Shown here: positions 29,551 through 40,413 of the stretch, piece by piece | Position numbering within the stretch: the stretch's first letter is position 1 | Layout: every line of letters starts with the position of its first letter | DNA from: an uncultured delta proteobacterium | GTDB lineage: Bacteria; Desulfobacterota; WTBG01; CAIYCZ01; CAIRTM01 | DNA: 64,000 bases | Reading direction: 5' to 3' | Assembly (NCBI GenBank): GCA_963804955.1 | Contig: CAWDSQ010000016.1 | Location: 64,001 to 128,000 of the forward strand | The notes under the pieces: model-generated | Database searches by the model: none | Told to the model about the DNA's origin: nothing | The model's input: only the letters and a program-made list of their open reading frames with translations | Made by a program: the position numbers and the translations under genes

Positions 29551-30447
29551 TCAGGCCCTGAGCTTCAGCACATAATCCCGGAAAGCCTTTCCAAGGGGCG
29601 ACAGCGAGCGCTTGCGGTCGGTCACCACGTAAAACACCCGGGCGAAGGTATGCCCGGCCACCGTGATGATGCGCAGTAGACCGTGGCCGACCTCATCCAC
29701 GACAGCCCGGCGGGAAATGAAAGCGACCCCCACCCCCGAGCGCACGGCATGCTTGAGAGCCGCTGTGCTGCCCATCTCGGCGCTGACCAGCAGCTGGCCG
29801 GGATTGATGCCCGCCTCCCGCAGATTGATCTCCATGCTCATGCGCGATCCAGACCCCTGCTCGCGCATCACCAGCGGCTCACGGGCAAGCTCCTCCAGGG
29901 ACACTTCTTTTTTTGCCCACCACCGGTGCCTGCGCGGAACGATCAGCACCTGCTCGTCATCGGCAAATTTTGCATACTGCAGATGCTCGTCCTTAATGCG
30001 GCCGCCCACAATGCCCAGCTCAAGATTTCTGCTCAGCAGCTCCTGCACAATGACTGCCGTGTCGGCTATGCGCATAGTGATCTGAATAGCGGGATACAGG
30101 CCTTTAAAATCACCCAGCAGCGGCGGCAGAATATATTCTCCCGGTATGGTGCTTGCCCCGATCACGAGATGGCCGGACTTCCTGCCCTTAAAATGATCAA
30201 GCGCCTGAACGGCTTCATCCTGCAAAATTATGATCTGGCGGGCATAGGTATACAGCAGCTCGCCGGCTTTGGTAAGGGTTATGTCGCGGTCGGCGCGGTC
30301 AAACAGCGGCAGGCCCACAAACTGCTCGAGGGCGGCAATATGCTGGCTTACCGTGGGCTGCGTGAGATACAGCTCATGGGCTGCACGCGAAAAACTTTTC
30401 AGCTCGGCAATTTTTAAAAAAATTTTCAGGCGGTGGGTATCAAGCAT
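29551..30447 (-). CDS. LysR-family regulator (CysL-like, resembles the selenium-metabolism-associated type)
   Basis: SFSRAAHELYLTQPTVSQHI HTH; GASTIPGEYILP; REQGSGSR. Confidence 0.9.
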   Translation of the reverse strand: MLDTHRLKIFLKIAELKSFSRAAHELYLTQPTVSQHIAALEQFVGLPLFDRADRDITLTKAGELLYTYARQIIILQDEAVQALDHFKGRKSGHLVIGASTIPGEYILPPLLGDFKGLYPAIQITMRIADTAVIVQELLSRNLELGIVGGRIKDEHLQYAKFADDEQVLIVPRRHRWWAKKEVSLEELAREPLVMREQGSGSRMSMEINLREAGINPGQLLVSAEMGSTAALKHAVRSGVGVAFISRRAVVDEVGHGLLRIITVAGHTFARVFYVVTDRKRSLSPLGKAFRDYVLKLRA

Positions 30448-30794
30448 CTTCAACTCCTGTATTATGATAGTGCGTGCAGCTGTTATAGCCCAGAGCTCCT
30501 CTTCTGCCAAGCTCCCTTTTTGCTCGAGCGCTGCCGGCTGGCTTGTATGGAAAGTTGGGGCTGCGGGACAGAAGAAGCTGCTCAGCCCCCTGCCAGAAGG
30601 GCTGCCGCGGCGGCGGGAAACAGGGATACAGAAAAAGTTTGCTTGCTTGAAAAATCCGGTGGTCAACTGGGGCGTGTCCGCCGTTAGCGGGCAGACAAAA
30701 AAGAGGTCTTATTACGATTTCATCGCTTTTTATGCTCGTACCACCTGCAGAAGAACTCTTTTCTTCGTGTTCTCTGCGCTTCGGCTGTGCGCTT

Positions 30795-31442
30795 TTAATA
30801 CAAAAACCTCCCGATGCCCACATAGTGGCAGCCAGCGCCCAAAAACACAAACAGGTGCCAGATCATGTGATGATAGCGCACCGATTGCATGGCATAGAAA
30901 ACGGCGCCAAGGGAGTAGCAGATGCCGCCGGCGAAAATCAGCCAGAACAGGGCAGGGCTGGCATTGCGATAGAAGCTCGGCAGGATCAGCACCACGGTCC
31001 AGCCCATGACCAAATACAGGGTTAAGGATATTTTCGGCCTGGGTGTTCGCGCCAGCGATTTATACAAAATGCCCACCAGCACCATAAACCACTGCACGGA
31101 TAGGATCGCCACAGCCTCCCATCCGCCGATCACCCGCAGCGCAATGGGCGTATAGGAGCCCGCAATGGCAAAATAAATGAAAATGTGATCCAGTATTTTG
31201 AATATTTTCTTGTGGCGCGACTCATGCTCCATGGCATGGTACAGCGTCGACATGAGGAACATCAGGAAAATAGAACTGCAGAAAACAGAAATGCCCGCCA
31301 CATCTGCCGTGGTGCCGTTGCGGTGGGCTGTGATGACCATGGCGGGCATAGAACACAGCACCAGCAAAGCCGCGACGCCATGGGTGACTGCATTGGCGAG
31401 CTCCTCGCCGAAGCTCTGTTTGCGGGCAAGCCACAAATGCAT
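30795..31442 (-). CDS. Hemolysin III / PAQR family membrane protein
   Basis: EELANAVTHG, STLYH, LDHIFIY..IAGSYTP and HMIWHLFV. Confidence 0.92.
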   Translation of the reverse strand: MHLWLARKQSFGEELANAVTHGVAALLVLCSMPAMVITAHRNGTTADVAGISVFCSSIFLMFLMSTLYHAMEHESRHKKIFKILDHIFIYFAIAGSYTPIALRVIGGWEAVAILSVQWFMVLVGILYKSLARTPRPKISLTLYLVMGWTVVLILPSFYRNASPALFWLIFAGGICYSLGAVFYAMQSVRYHHMIWHLFVFLGAGCHYVGIGRFLY

Positions 31443-31621
31443 GGTGCACTCCGGTATGCTGCATGCGGATACGGCCAGAGATCAATCCCGGCGGATCGCT
31501 TCATCGCATTTAAAAGTCTTTTTCGGGCTGCCGTTTTTATCAAACGGCTCACATGAGAGCATAGCGCCCATGTCCGAAGGCCTTGCTGAACACGAAGGGC
31601 CTTTTTAAAAATCAGGCCCGC

Positions 31622-33353
31622 TTAAAAATCAAACAGACTGTCCATATCCTCATTCTTCACAAGAAACGGCTTATTGTGCGGGGGCAGGGCCTCCGTGTAA
31701 AAAAACGCCGGCAGACGGTCAGCCTCTTTGGCGAGGCCCGCTCTCAGATTAAAATCCCGTTCCGTGAGAAGCACTCTTTTGCCGAGCGCTGCCATGTACT
31801 GCGGGCCGAAGCTTGCGCCGTATTTGGCCTGCAGCATTTCATGCAGCCCTTGCCCCCCCGACGGGATATCATTGAGCGGAAAACCCGCGAACTGGCACAT
31901 GCCCGTGCAGTCTGCCGCGGCAGTATGAATCTGAATGTCGCGCGAGCAGGCCACCTGGCCATCGGGTGACAGGGGGTCGAGCTTGCCGCCCATTGCTTCA
32001 AGGCTGGCTCCTACTGTCCAGCCGGCCGTGTGATCGGCGCCCATGGGGCACATGGCATAGGTCACGCCCATACCCTGCACGGCGCGGGGATCATAGCCGG
32101 CAATCGACTGATTTTTAACAACCGGCACGCGCGCAATGCCGTACCGTGCGCCAACAGCCGCAGGGCCATGGCCGATCAGCTTGCCGATCTCCGAGCCTTT
32201 GCCGATTTCCGCTACAAGCTCAAGAGCGCCGGCGGCATCGCCGAATTTTTTTATGCCAGCCTCCATTGCCACGGCAATGGCGCAGCCCGTGTTCATGGTG
32301 TCCACTCCCAGATCATCACAAAGATAGTCAAACCGCGCAATGGCATCCAGATCGGGCACATCGCACATGCCCCCGAGCGCCCAGATGGTCTCGTATTCAA
32401 GGCCCGAGGTTACATACTTTTTGTTTGCGTCGACAAAAACATTCGAGCACCGGATAATGCAGGTGCTGCAGCCCGCATGGGCTGTTTTGCCGCCGCGCGA
32501 TCCGATAAGCTCGGCCATCTTCTCGCCGCTTATCTGCTCCCACTTTTCATAGACGCCTACCCGCGCATTGAGCGCCGGGAATCCTCCGACGGCATTCATA
32601 ACAGCCACGATCATTGCCGTACCGAGGGCCGGCATGCCCTGGCCGGTAAACGGATGGGCAAGGATTGCGTCGGCAACCTTCTTCTGGCCTGTTTTGAACA
32701 ACCCGGCATCAAGCACTGAGGGGGCGGCACCGTCGGTATCATCGACTATAATAGCCTTGAGCCCCTTTGAGCCCATGAGCGCGCCCAGGCCACCTCTACC
32801 GGCTGCCCTGCACGGAAACCCGTCAGGATCGGTAACCTGAATCGAGGCCGATTGCAGCTGCATCTCACCTGCCGGCCCAATGCAGAACACAGCATGCCGG
32901 GCGCCAAACCGGGAGGCGATTGCCTGTACCGCTGCATAGGTGCCCTGGCCTTTTAAATCATCGGCCGGAAGAATCTCTGCTGCTCCTTTTTTGATGCTGA
33001 GCACATGCAGGCCGCCCCCTGAGGGCATGCCTTCAATAATAATCACCGCAAGCCCGACGCGCGCTATTTTGAACGCGCCATTGCCACCGACATTGCTTTC
33101 CTTTATCCCGCCGGTGAGCGGACTTTTGCCGCCAAGAGACACCCTGCCCGAATTGGGGCAGGCTGTGCCGGAGAGCATGCCCGGAGCTATAACAAGCTTG
33201 TTCTCCGGACCCAGCGCATCGCACTTCGGTGGCACCTCAAGCCCCACCAGCGACGAAGTAAGGCCGCGTCCGCCAAGCCCCTGCAAGTTGTTCCGGAAGA
33301 GTTTCATAGGTGCAGCTCATATCTGTCATATTAACGCGAAGCACGGTATTCAT
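31622..33353 (-). CDS. Tungsten aldehyde:ferredoxin oxidoreductase-family catalytic subunit 2; one frameshift near the 5' end
   Basis: MNTVLRVNM / LGGRG, KSPLTGGIKESN, AAGRGGLGA, CSTCIIRCS, EYET, YDPRA, GADHTAG and DRLP. Confidence 0.93.
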
Positions 33354-33591
33354 GGCATATCTCCTTCAAGTGTGGTCGGTCTAGTAAAATAAGTCTTTTT
33401 CAGCCGGCGGGAATCCTGCAGCTGCGCCCACAACAAAACTATGATCGCCGGCTGGATATTTGTCAAGATGCTGCCGGGCTCTCCAGCGTGTGCCTGCCGA
33501 CCGACTCAGAAAGCGGGAAAATGAGAAAACAGGTCACCTGTTACGTACTGTACCATATCGATTATAGGCATAACAAGGGGGCATTTATTTT

Positions 33592-33939
33592 CTAGTGCTT
33601 CACCCCAAGAACATCGAAAACTTTTAAAATTTCCGGCAAATGCGCAAACGCAGGGCCGCCGCCCATGAGCACGCCGACGGATGCGGCTTCAAGAATTTCC
33701 TGGGCCCCTGCGCCTGCCTGCACGGCAGTCTGTGTATGAAGATATATACATGCTGAGCAATGCGTTGCAACGGCGATACCTACGGCAATAAGCTCTTTGT
33801 GTTTTTTATCAAGAGCGCCGGGCGCCGTTATTTTTTCATGCATCGCCATAAAGGTTTTGACAGTTTCGGGTATGTGTTTGGCGATTTTTTGATTTGTCTT
33901 CATGAAATCTTTAAAAAAACCCTGAACATCATTTTCCAT
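33592..33939 (-). CDS. Carboxymuconolactone decarboxylase / AhpD-like protein
   Basis: GALDKKHKELIAVG, HCSACIYLH and MGGGPA. Confidence 0.9.
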   Translation of the reverse strand: MENDVQGFFKDFMKTNQKIAKHIPETVKTFMAMHEKITAPGALDKKHKELIAVGIAVATHCSACIYLHTQTAVQAGAGAQEILEAASVGVLMGGGPAFAHLPEILKVFDVLGVKH

Positions 33940-33974
33940 TGCAAACCTCCTTCTCAATTATATTTTTCAATCTT

Positions 33975-34817
33975 TTATGAAAGATCCACAACGCTCCCCG
34001 CATTTGCAAAAAAGAACTTTTTTCCGAAAGCCTGCATGAGTTTCATGGCAGGCGCAAGGCCGGTACAGTGGGAAGCACCAAAGCGCTTTAGGTCAAACTG
34101 TTTCAGCTGCTCGATTGTTTTTTTAAGCTGCGCCCCGCTGAGAAAACCAATATGCGTACCGCCGATAACGGTATGAATGGGTTTGCCCGGCAGCTGTGCG
34201 GTGATGTGGTTCAGGGTATTAATGACGCCGGAGTGAGCGCAGCCGAGTATGACTGCAAGTCCGCCTGCTGATTCAATGACCAGCGACTGATCATCGAGAA
34301 TAATATCCTGCGCAGAGCGCCCATCTTGTTGAATCACCAGGCGGCGATCATTTTTTTCAAAAACGGTTATACGCGGCACTTCACCGGTCAAATATATTCC
34401 CGTATCAATTTCCGTAAAGGACGTATTAAAAACAAACCGGGCTCCCAAAGCTTCAAGCCCGGCCTGCTCAACAGCTATGCCGACATTTCGGTATGCCGTT
34501 TCAGTATCTTTTTTAATAGCCGCAAACCTCTCGGTAAAAATGGCGGGATGGGCGTAAACATTAACCGGTCCGGTTAACTGCAGCACATGCTTCAGTCCGC
34601 CCGTATGGTCATAGTGCCCATGGCTTAAAGCTACCCTGCCGGTCCGGCTGAGATCCTTTTTCAAGCAGGCAGCGTTATGAACGATGGTGTGGCCCTGGCC
34701 GGTGTCAAACAGAATGCTTTCGCTTCCCCGCTCGATCAGCACGGCAAAACCGTGTTCGCCCAGTACGCCCAAAGCCGGCCCGGCGGTGTTTTCACATAAA
34801 ACAATTACTCGTTCCAT
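33975..34817 (-). CDS. MBL-fold metallo-hydrolase
   Basis: EHGF, FDTG, SHGHYDHTGG, DDQ, GCAHSG, GGTH and SHCTG. Confidence 0.9.
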   Translation of the reverse strand: MERVIVLCENTAGPALGVLGEHGFAVLIERGSESILFDTGQGHTIVHNAACLKKDLSRTGRVALSHGHYDHTGGLKHVLQLTGPVNVYAHPAIFTERFAAIKKDTETAYRNVGIAVEQAGLEALGARFVFNTSFTEIDTGIYLTGEVPRITVFEKNDRRLVIQQDGRSAQDIILDDQSLVIESAGGLAVILGCAHSGVINTLNHITAQLPGKPIHTVIGGTHIGFLSGAQLKKTIEQLKQFDLKRFGASHCTGLAPAMKLMQAFGKKFFFANAGSVVDLS

Positions 34818-34853
34818 GATCTCTTCGCTTTGTTCGCTTGCCAATAAGGCCTT

Positions 34854-35612
34854 TTATTGTGCCCGTGCAGTCACGATAATAACCGGCTCGGGGCAGGCAA
34901 AACCCTCAGCAGTGATATAATCGCTCAGTTCTGACTCCATATCCATGCAGACTTGCTCAAACATTTCCCCCGTAAGCCCCGCAACAGCTTTGCTCCAGTC
35001 CTTCATCAATTCAACAGACTGTCTGAGGGATGCATAGCGGGACGGTGTGGATTCTTTTTTCAGGCTGCTGATCTCGAACCCTGCTTGCTCAACGAGTGTG
35101 CGGAGCCAATCCGGATTACCCCAGCCCCAGATGGCAAAATCTTTTTCATCAGGCTCAATGTGTCTGCTCAGAGCCTTCCTCAAGGCCAGGTCATACGGCC
35201 CGGGGGCAAACACGCTTAAACCAAGTCTGCCCCCGGGGGCTACTACACGCCTCATTTCATGCACGGCCGCAGATTTGTCTGCCATGAACATCAACGCGAA
35301 CTGACAAAGAACCACCTCGAATTGTGCGTTTTCAAAAGGCATTCCAGCTGCATTAGCCTCCACCCAGTCAACGGTTATTCCCGGAGGCATAGACACCAAA
35401 CGCGCTACCTCAAGCATTTCAGGGCTCATATCAAGGCCGACAATGCTGCCGCCCGCCCCGACGATTTCGGCAGCGCGTCGGGAAACGGCGCCGGTGCCGC
35501 AGCCAATATCCAGGACGCGATCCCCGGGCTCGACGAGCTGCACCATTTTTTTTGCCCAATGATCCATAATTATGGGAACAAGATACTTTTCGTAATTTTC
35601 CGCCAGGCCCAT
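34854..35612 (-). CDS. Class I SAM-dependent methyltransferase (UbiE-like)
   Basis: VLDIGCGTG, GLDMSPEML and EMRRVVAPGG. Confidence 0.88.
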   Translation of the reverse strand: MGLAENYEKYLVPIIMDHWAKKMVQLVEPGDRVLDIGCGTGAVSRRAAEIVGAGGSIVGLDMSPEMLEVARLVSMPPGITVDWVEANAAGMPFENAQFEVVLCQFALMFMADKSAAVHEMRRVVAPGGRLGLSVFAPGPYDLALRKALSRHIEPDEKDFAIWGWGNPDWLRTLVEQAGFEISSLKKESTPSRYASLRQSVELMKDWSKAVAGLTGEMFEQVCMDMESELSDYITAEGFACPEPVIIVTARAQ

Positions 35613-35813
35613 AACTGCTTTTCCCCTATGTGTGTGTTAAGTTGCTGTGCCCGGGAGGGCATGCAGGTTTCAGCCTATCAACAGCTTGCCGTCAAGCTAT
35701 TATTCCATGCCAGGCATGTTCATCATGTACGTTCGGCCGGAGCTTTCTCTGCCAAAAACTCTTCTACTGCGTGCGTCGGCACGGCAAGAGGGTGCAACTG
35801 CCTGGCATGCTAT

Positions 35814-36974
35814 TCACAGGCTTGATACCTCCCGCAGTTTTTTAACAATGCCGGCAAGGGCTTCTCCCGCCGCATCGATCTCTGCCTGCGTGGTGGTTCT
35901 GCCGAAAGAAAAACGCACCGCGCCCTGGGCCTGCACGCTTGAAAGGCCCAGGGCCCGAAGCACATGAGAGGGCTCGGGCTCGCCCGTGGTGCAGGCCGAG
36001 CCTGCCGAAGCGCAGATCCCGAGCAGATCAAGATGCAGCAGTACCGATTCGCTTTCAATGCCGGCAAAGCAGATGCTCGACGTATTTGGCGCCCGCGGCG
36101 CGCCGCGGCTGTTAATGGATACACTGGGTATGCTCTGTAGCAGCGTTTGCTCAAAACGGTCGCGAAGCGCAGCGATGCGGTCAGCCTCGCTGCCAAGCTT
36201 TGCCACAGCCTGCTCTGCCGCTGCGGCAAAACCGGCAATTGCGGCGGTATTTTCCGTGCCGGGCCGCAGCCCTTGCTCATGATGCCCGCCCGTCATAATC
36301 GGCGCAAGGTGCGTGCCCCGCCGGACCAGCAAGGCTCCGGCGCCCCGGGGGCCATATGCTTTGTGCGCTGTCACCGTCACCATATCGGCATAATCAAAAA
36401 CTGCGCCCAGCGTTATTTTTCCGAAGGCCTGCACGGCATCAATATGAAAAAGTATCCTTCGCTGCCGGGCTATGCTCCCGATTTCCTCCACGGGCTGCAG
36501 CGCGCCCGTCTCATTGTTGGCGTGCATAACGCTTATAAGAATTGTATCGGGCCGGATGGCCTCTGCCACCGACTGCGGATCGACCACGCCCTGGCTGTCA
36601 ACGGGCAAAAAGGTTATGTCAAAGCCATCGCGGCCAAGCGCTTCGGCAGTCTTCAAAACGCTGTGATGCTCAATGGCCGAAGTGATGATATGGCGGCCCC
36701 GCTCCTTCAGAGCGGCGGCTGCGCCGCGCAGGGCCAGATTATTGGCCTCGGTTCCGCCGGCTGTGAAAACGACTTCAGCCGGGCTGCAGTCGAAAATATC
36801 TGCAATGGTACGGCGCGCCGTTTCCACGGCGCTGCGGGCCTGCCTTCCGAGCCGGTGGTAGGAAGACGGATTGCCATACGAGCCGTCAAGAAACGGCAGC
36901 ATGGCCTCGCGCGCCTCCGGGCACAGAGGGGTCGTTGCATTATGATCAAAATAGATAAGCGGCTGCTGGCTCAT
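35814..36974 (-). CDS. iscS: Cysteine desulfurase (IscS/NifS type)
   Basis: YFDHNATT, GNPSS, GGTEANN, HKAYGP, RPGTEN and SAGSACT. Confidence 0.9.
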   Translation of the reverse strand: MSQQPLIYFDHNATTPLCPEAREAMLPFLDGSYGNPSSYHRLGRQARSAVETARRTIADIFDCSPAEVVFTAGGTEANNLALRGAAAALKERGRHIITSAIEHHSVLKTAEALGRDGFDITFLPVDSQGVVDPQSVAEAIRPDTILISVMHANNETGALQPVEEIGSIARQRRILFHIDAVQAFGKITLGAVFDYADMVTVTAHKAYGPRGAGALLVRRGTHLAPIMTGGHHEQGLRPGTENTAAIAGFAAAAEQAVAKLGSEADRIAALRDRFEQTLLQSIPSVSINSRGAPRAPNTSSICFAGIESESVLLHLDLLGICASAGSACTTGEPEPSHVLRALGLSSVQAQGAVRFSFGRTTTQAEIDAAGEALAGIVKKLREVSSL

Positions 36975-37441
36975 AGCTTCTGCGAGGCCCGGTGTTCATA
37001 GTCTTTGATCGCTGCCAGCAGCGCGCCGACGCCCATGAGCGAGCAATGCTCTTTATTTACGGGAATGCCGCCCAGTGCACGGATGATATCGTCATCGGTC
37101 AGCTGTTTTGCATCCTCAAGGTGCATACCCATGGCAAGGGTTGTCGCCATGCTGCTGGTGGCGATAGCGCCGGGGCAGCCAAAGGATTTGAACTTGATAT
37201 CGATAATATGGCCTGCTACCACCTTGATCCAGAGCTTCATCTGGTCGCCACAGGAGGGGTCCCCGACCAGAGCAAAGCCGTCGGCGTCGTCTATCTCGCC
37301 CACATTGCGCGGATTGGTGAAATGATCAATGACGGTTTCATTGTAAAACAGAACAGGCTCTTCCGGGTTTTTTTCAACAGGCTCAGCTGTTTTTTTGTAG
37401 AGTTCCTTCCAGGCGTCATCATCCGGGATACCGGGCTTCAT
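36971..37441 (-). CDS. iscU: IscU / NifU-N Fe-S scaffold protein
   Basis: DHFTNPRNVG, PSCGD, FGC and KEHCS. Confidence 0.88.
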   Translation of the reverse strand: MKPGIPDDDAWKELYKKTAEPVEKNPEEPVLFYNETVIDHFTNPRNVGEIDDADGFALVGDPSCGDQMKLWIKVVAGHIIDIKFKSFGCPGAIATSSMATTLAMGMHLEDAKQLTDDDIIRALGGIPVNKEHCSLMGVGALLAAIKDYEHRASQKL

Positions 37442-38388
37442 AGTCTTTCCTTTCCTGTATCAACTAAAAAAACGGGACGGGCCTGCGGGCGCGTCCCACT
37501 CTGCTTCGATAAACATCCGGCGGCAGTCTGTACGCTGGCGCCTCGGCTCTTTTCCGTCTGCTCCCGGTCGTCGCGGGGATTTGAGCCAGACTCGGCCCAG
37601 AACAGGTTGGCCCCGGCAAGGGCGCCCGCGACATTGGGCTCATGCGTGCAATTGCCCGGAACGCCAAAGCCCATGGCCAGCCGCACCGCGGCAAGAATAT
37701 GCGCCATTCTTGCCTCGGAAACAATGCCGTACGCAGCAAGCTTTGTCCCGGCAATGGGAATGCGGCGGGCTGCGCCGCAGTAGACAGGAGCGGCGTCACG
37801 GGCGATCAGGGTCTTTTCAACCAGTTCGGCAACCGTGTGCTCGGGCCCGACAGGCTCCAGGCAAGTGCCGAGCAGAAGACCTTCCTCCCGCGCCGGCTGA
37901 AAGGTTTGCAGCCGACGCTCAGGGGCAATGACGCGTGTCGCGGCCTGTGAGCACATGATCTCAAACTGCGGCGAAAGAGCTGCAATTAGCTCCAGCACTG
38001 CCCGGCGAAGTTCGCCATCTGACGCAGCGGTGCGGTTAAAGTCGAGCACAAGATAGACGGCATTAGCGCCGTCTTTTTCAAAGCCGGTACAGCGGGCTAT
38101 GACATCCTCAAGCGCGGTTTCCGTTTGCTGCGAAAATACGCCGTTCACACGCGCAAACGAGCAGAACAGACAGTCATTAAAGCAGGGTGCTATGTTAAGC
38201 CCGACCTGCGCATGCACTTCGGCCCTGCCCTGCGAAACCTGGTCGCTTATTGACCTCCCGGCCCACTGAATATAAAAGCTTTCTTCTTTTTTGAGAGGAA
38301 CCGACAGCAGCATGCCGATCTCATCTCCGGTCAGAAGCCTGCCGTCCAGTGCTTTTGCCACAATGTCTGAAATATGTCCGTATTTCAT
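37438..38388 (-). CDS. Radical SAM protein (biotin-synthase-like); central segment anomalous
   Basis: CFNDCLFC motif; GTCLEPVGPEH; AGANLFWAE.GSNPRD. Confidence 0.75.
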   Translation of the reverse strand: MKYGHISDIVAKALDGRLLTGDEIGMLLSVPLKKEESFYIQWAGRSISDQVSQGRAEVHAQVGLNIAPCFNDCLFCSFARVNGVFSQQTETALEDVIARCTGFEKDGANAVYLVLDFNRTAASDGELRRAVLELIAALSPQFEIMCSQAATRVIAPERRLQTFQPAREEGLLLGTCLEPVGPEHTVAELVEKTLIARDAAPVYCGAARRIPIAGTKLAAYGIVSEARMAHILAAVRLAMGFGVPGNCTHEPNVAGALAGANLFWAESGSNPRDDREQTEKSRGASVQTAAGCLSKQSGTRPQARPVFLVDTGKERL

Positions 38389-38466
38389 TCTTGTCCAGTT
38401 CCCGCTGGTATGTTTACAGAACGGCGCTTCAGGAGCGCCGCTTGTTCATGCCAGCCGAGTTGCTGT

Positions 38467-38694
38467 TTATCTGCCGCAGCAGGAAGGGCCGCCGCCGCAT
38501 TTTTCATCCCTGCCGCAGCAGGTTTTGCCTGCAGGCCGCGCAGGCATTTTGGGCAGAGCGGCGGCGGACATTTTTTTCTCAAGCTTCGTGCCGCCACAGT
38601 TTTTACACACCACTTCATTACCAGAGGAACTTCCCACGGTTATGGATTCCGTTGTTTCTCCGCAGGAAATGCAATGGTATTCATAAATCGGCAT
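38467..38694 (-). CDS. FmdB-family zinc-ribbon protein
   Basis: MPIYEYHCISCG...CKNCG with a Cys-rich tail. Confidence 0.9.
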   Translation of the reverse strand: MPIYEYHCISCGETTESITVGSSSGNEVVCKNCGGTKLEKKMSAAALPKMPARPAGKTCCGRDEKCGGGPSCCGR

Positions 38695-38776
38695 ACGCTG
38701 TCCTTTCTACTTTATTATGGCTCAATGCAAACCATTCATCACCTGTTTGCCAGGCCCGACCCTGATGATTCTTTTT

Positions 38777-39616
38777 TTAGGGCAGATACACGACCGTCTC
38801 GCATGTTTCCCCGAAGTCTTTCACCCGCTGAGCAAGCCCTGCCGCCATCGAAGTGAAATCAGCCTGCAGAGCCTGCTCGGGGCAGGCTCGCAGGCAATTA
38901 TAGCAGGCAATGCAGCAGTCTTTAAACACCGGGCCGTCGGCAAGCTCGACAGCCTCAGCCGGGCAGGCCATGACGCAGTCGCCGCATAAGGTGCACAGAT
39001 CGCGCTTAACACTGATCTGCGGCAAATTCTTCCGCACGGCGCTTAGCACCAGGCCGGCCATGACTTTCTGTAAAGCCTCGGGCTGATAGTTTAATGCGGC
39101 AGCCGGGAGGGGCTGTGCCGTACCGGCGTCAACAGCGGCAACAACCTTTTTCACCATATCCCGTATTCTGCGATCATCATCGGCATCGGGCCTGCCTTTT
39201 CCCAAAGGCTTGTCGGACTGCCACAGCAGAGAATGCTCGGCAACTATTTTTGCCGCTGCTATCGCAGCATAGCCTTTTGCCGCAAGCGCTCCGGCCATAT
39301 CCGCAAGCGCCATGCCGCTGGTAACCGCGCCCCAGGTTGCAAAGGGTACGCTGCAGCAGCCGGTACCGGCGGGCAGGCTTGTGATAAAATCCATGACCGC
39401 TGGAACAGGATGGCTGGCATAGACCGGCGAGCCGATAAACAGGCATGAATCACGGGCTCCCGCGGCCAGAACTGTCTTGAGTGTAGCCCTGCACGCGCTG
39501 CCCCCCAGATCAAGGGCGCTGCACTGCTGGCCGAGGGCGGTAAGCTCCTCGCCTATCACCTGCGCAGCATGCCGCGTAGTTCCTGCCGGAGAGATATACA
39601 CAACAAAAAATTTCAT
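38777..39616 (-). CDS. EFR1-family flavodoxin-ferredoxin protein
   Basis: YISPAGTT, GRPD, CTLCGDCVMACP and CIACYNCLRACP. Confidence 0.85.
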   Translation of the reverse strand: MKFFVVYISPAGTTRHAAQVIGEELTALGQQCSALDLGGSACRATLKTVLAAGARDSCLFIGSPVYASHPVPAVMDFITSLPAGTGCCSVPFATWGAVTSGMALADMAGALAAKGYAAIAAAKIVAEHSLLWQSDKPLGKGRPDADDDRRIRDMVKKVVAAVDAGTAQPLPAAALNYQPEALQKVMAGLVLSAVRKNLPQISVKRDLCTLCGDCVMACPAEAVELADGPVFKDCCIACYNCLRACPEQALQADFTSMAAGLAQRVKDFGETCETVVYLP

Positions 39617-39627
39617 GGGGGCCTCCT

Positions 39628-40398
39628 TTAATTGCTGAGAATAAGATTTATCTTTTTCGACCATTTCATAAAAAACCGGGTGCCCCCGGCCTCGCTGACC
39701 ACGCGAAGAATCGCCGCCGTATCGGCACCGATGACGCCGGAGAGGTGCGTTACCCCGTAGTCTTTGAAAACGCCAGGCGCCATCGGGGTGGACGGCCCCA
39801 GCACAGCCTTGATACGGCAATTGACTGCTGCGGCCGCGATATGCTCGAAGCTGTTATTAATAATAGAGGTTGCCGTTATTATGACGACCGAGCATGACGG
39901 CAGGAGCCCGGCTTCCCTGCTTCCCGGGCAGAGGCCGGCGGCGCGGGCCATGTTCTCCTCGAAGATAACCAACTCCCCTGCTCGCTGCTTAATGACAGGC
40001 ACCAGGGGCCCGAAAAACCCCACCATGCCGACCTTATCGTCTTTTGTCAGCGCAAGCACATCCAAAAGATCGCCTTCGGTGCGGCTGCATCCCGGCAGGC
40101 TGTCAGTTGCATCAGGGGTATTGAACAGGGCATTTGCCGCTGCCAGGCCGAGCGTGCGCTCCAGTAGCTCCCCTGAGGATAGGTACTGCAGTACATCCCG
40201 CACCGGCGATCCCGCAAGGGGTCTTTTACCCTGAAAAACCGAACAGCCCGAGTCAGCCTTATCGCGAAAAGTGTAGGCAAGGCCAACTGAACCCGTGTCA
40301 AGCTGCACAGCCGTATATCCCAACCCGATCCTGACATCGGTTACTTTTATATCCTCAGCCCTTTCAAGAGCTGCTTTTTTTAAAGCTTCAGGAAGCAT
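39628..40398 (-). CDS. DUF364 (putative metal-chelation) protein
   Basis: RIGLGYTAV, GLAAANA, VGMVGFF.P, ITATSIIN and LGPSTP. Confidence 0.85.
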   Translation of the reverse strand: MLPEALKKAALERAEDIKVTDVRIGLGYTAVQLDTGSVGLAYTFRDKADSGCSVFQGKRPLAGSPVRDVLQYLSSGELLERTLGLAAANALFNTPDATDSLPGCSRTEGDLLDVLALTKDDKVGMVGFFGPLVPVIKQRAGELVIFEENMARAAGLCPGSREAGLLPSCSVVIITATSIINNSFEHIAAAAVNCRIKAVLGPSTPMAPGVFKDYGVTHLSGVIGADTAAILRVVSEAGGTRFFMKWSKKINLILSN

Positions 40399-40413
40399 GG
40401 CTTTGTTCTCCTC

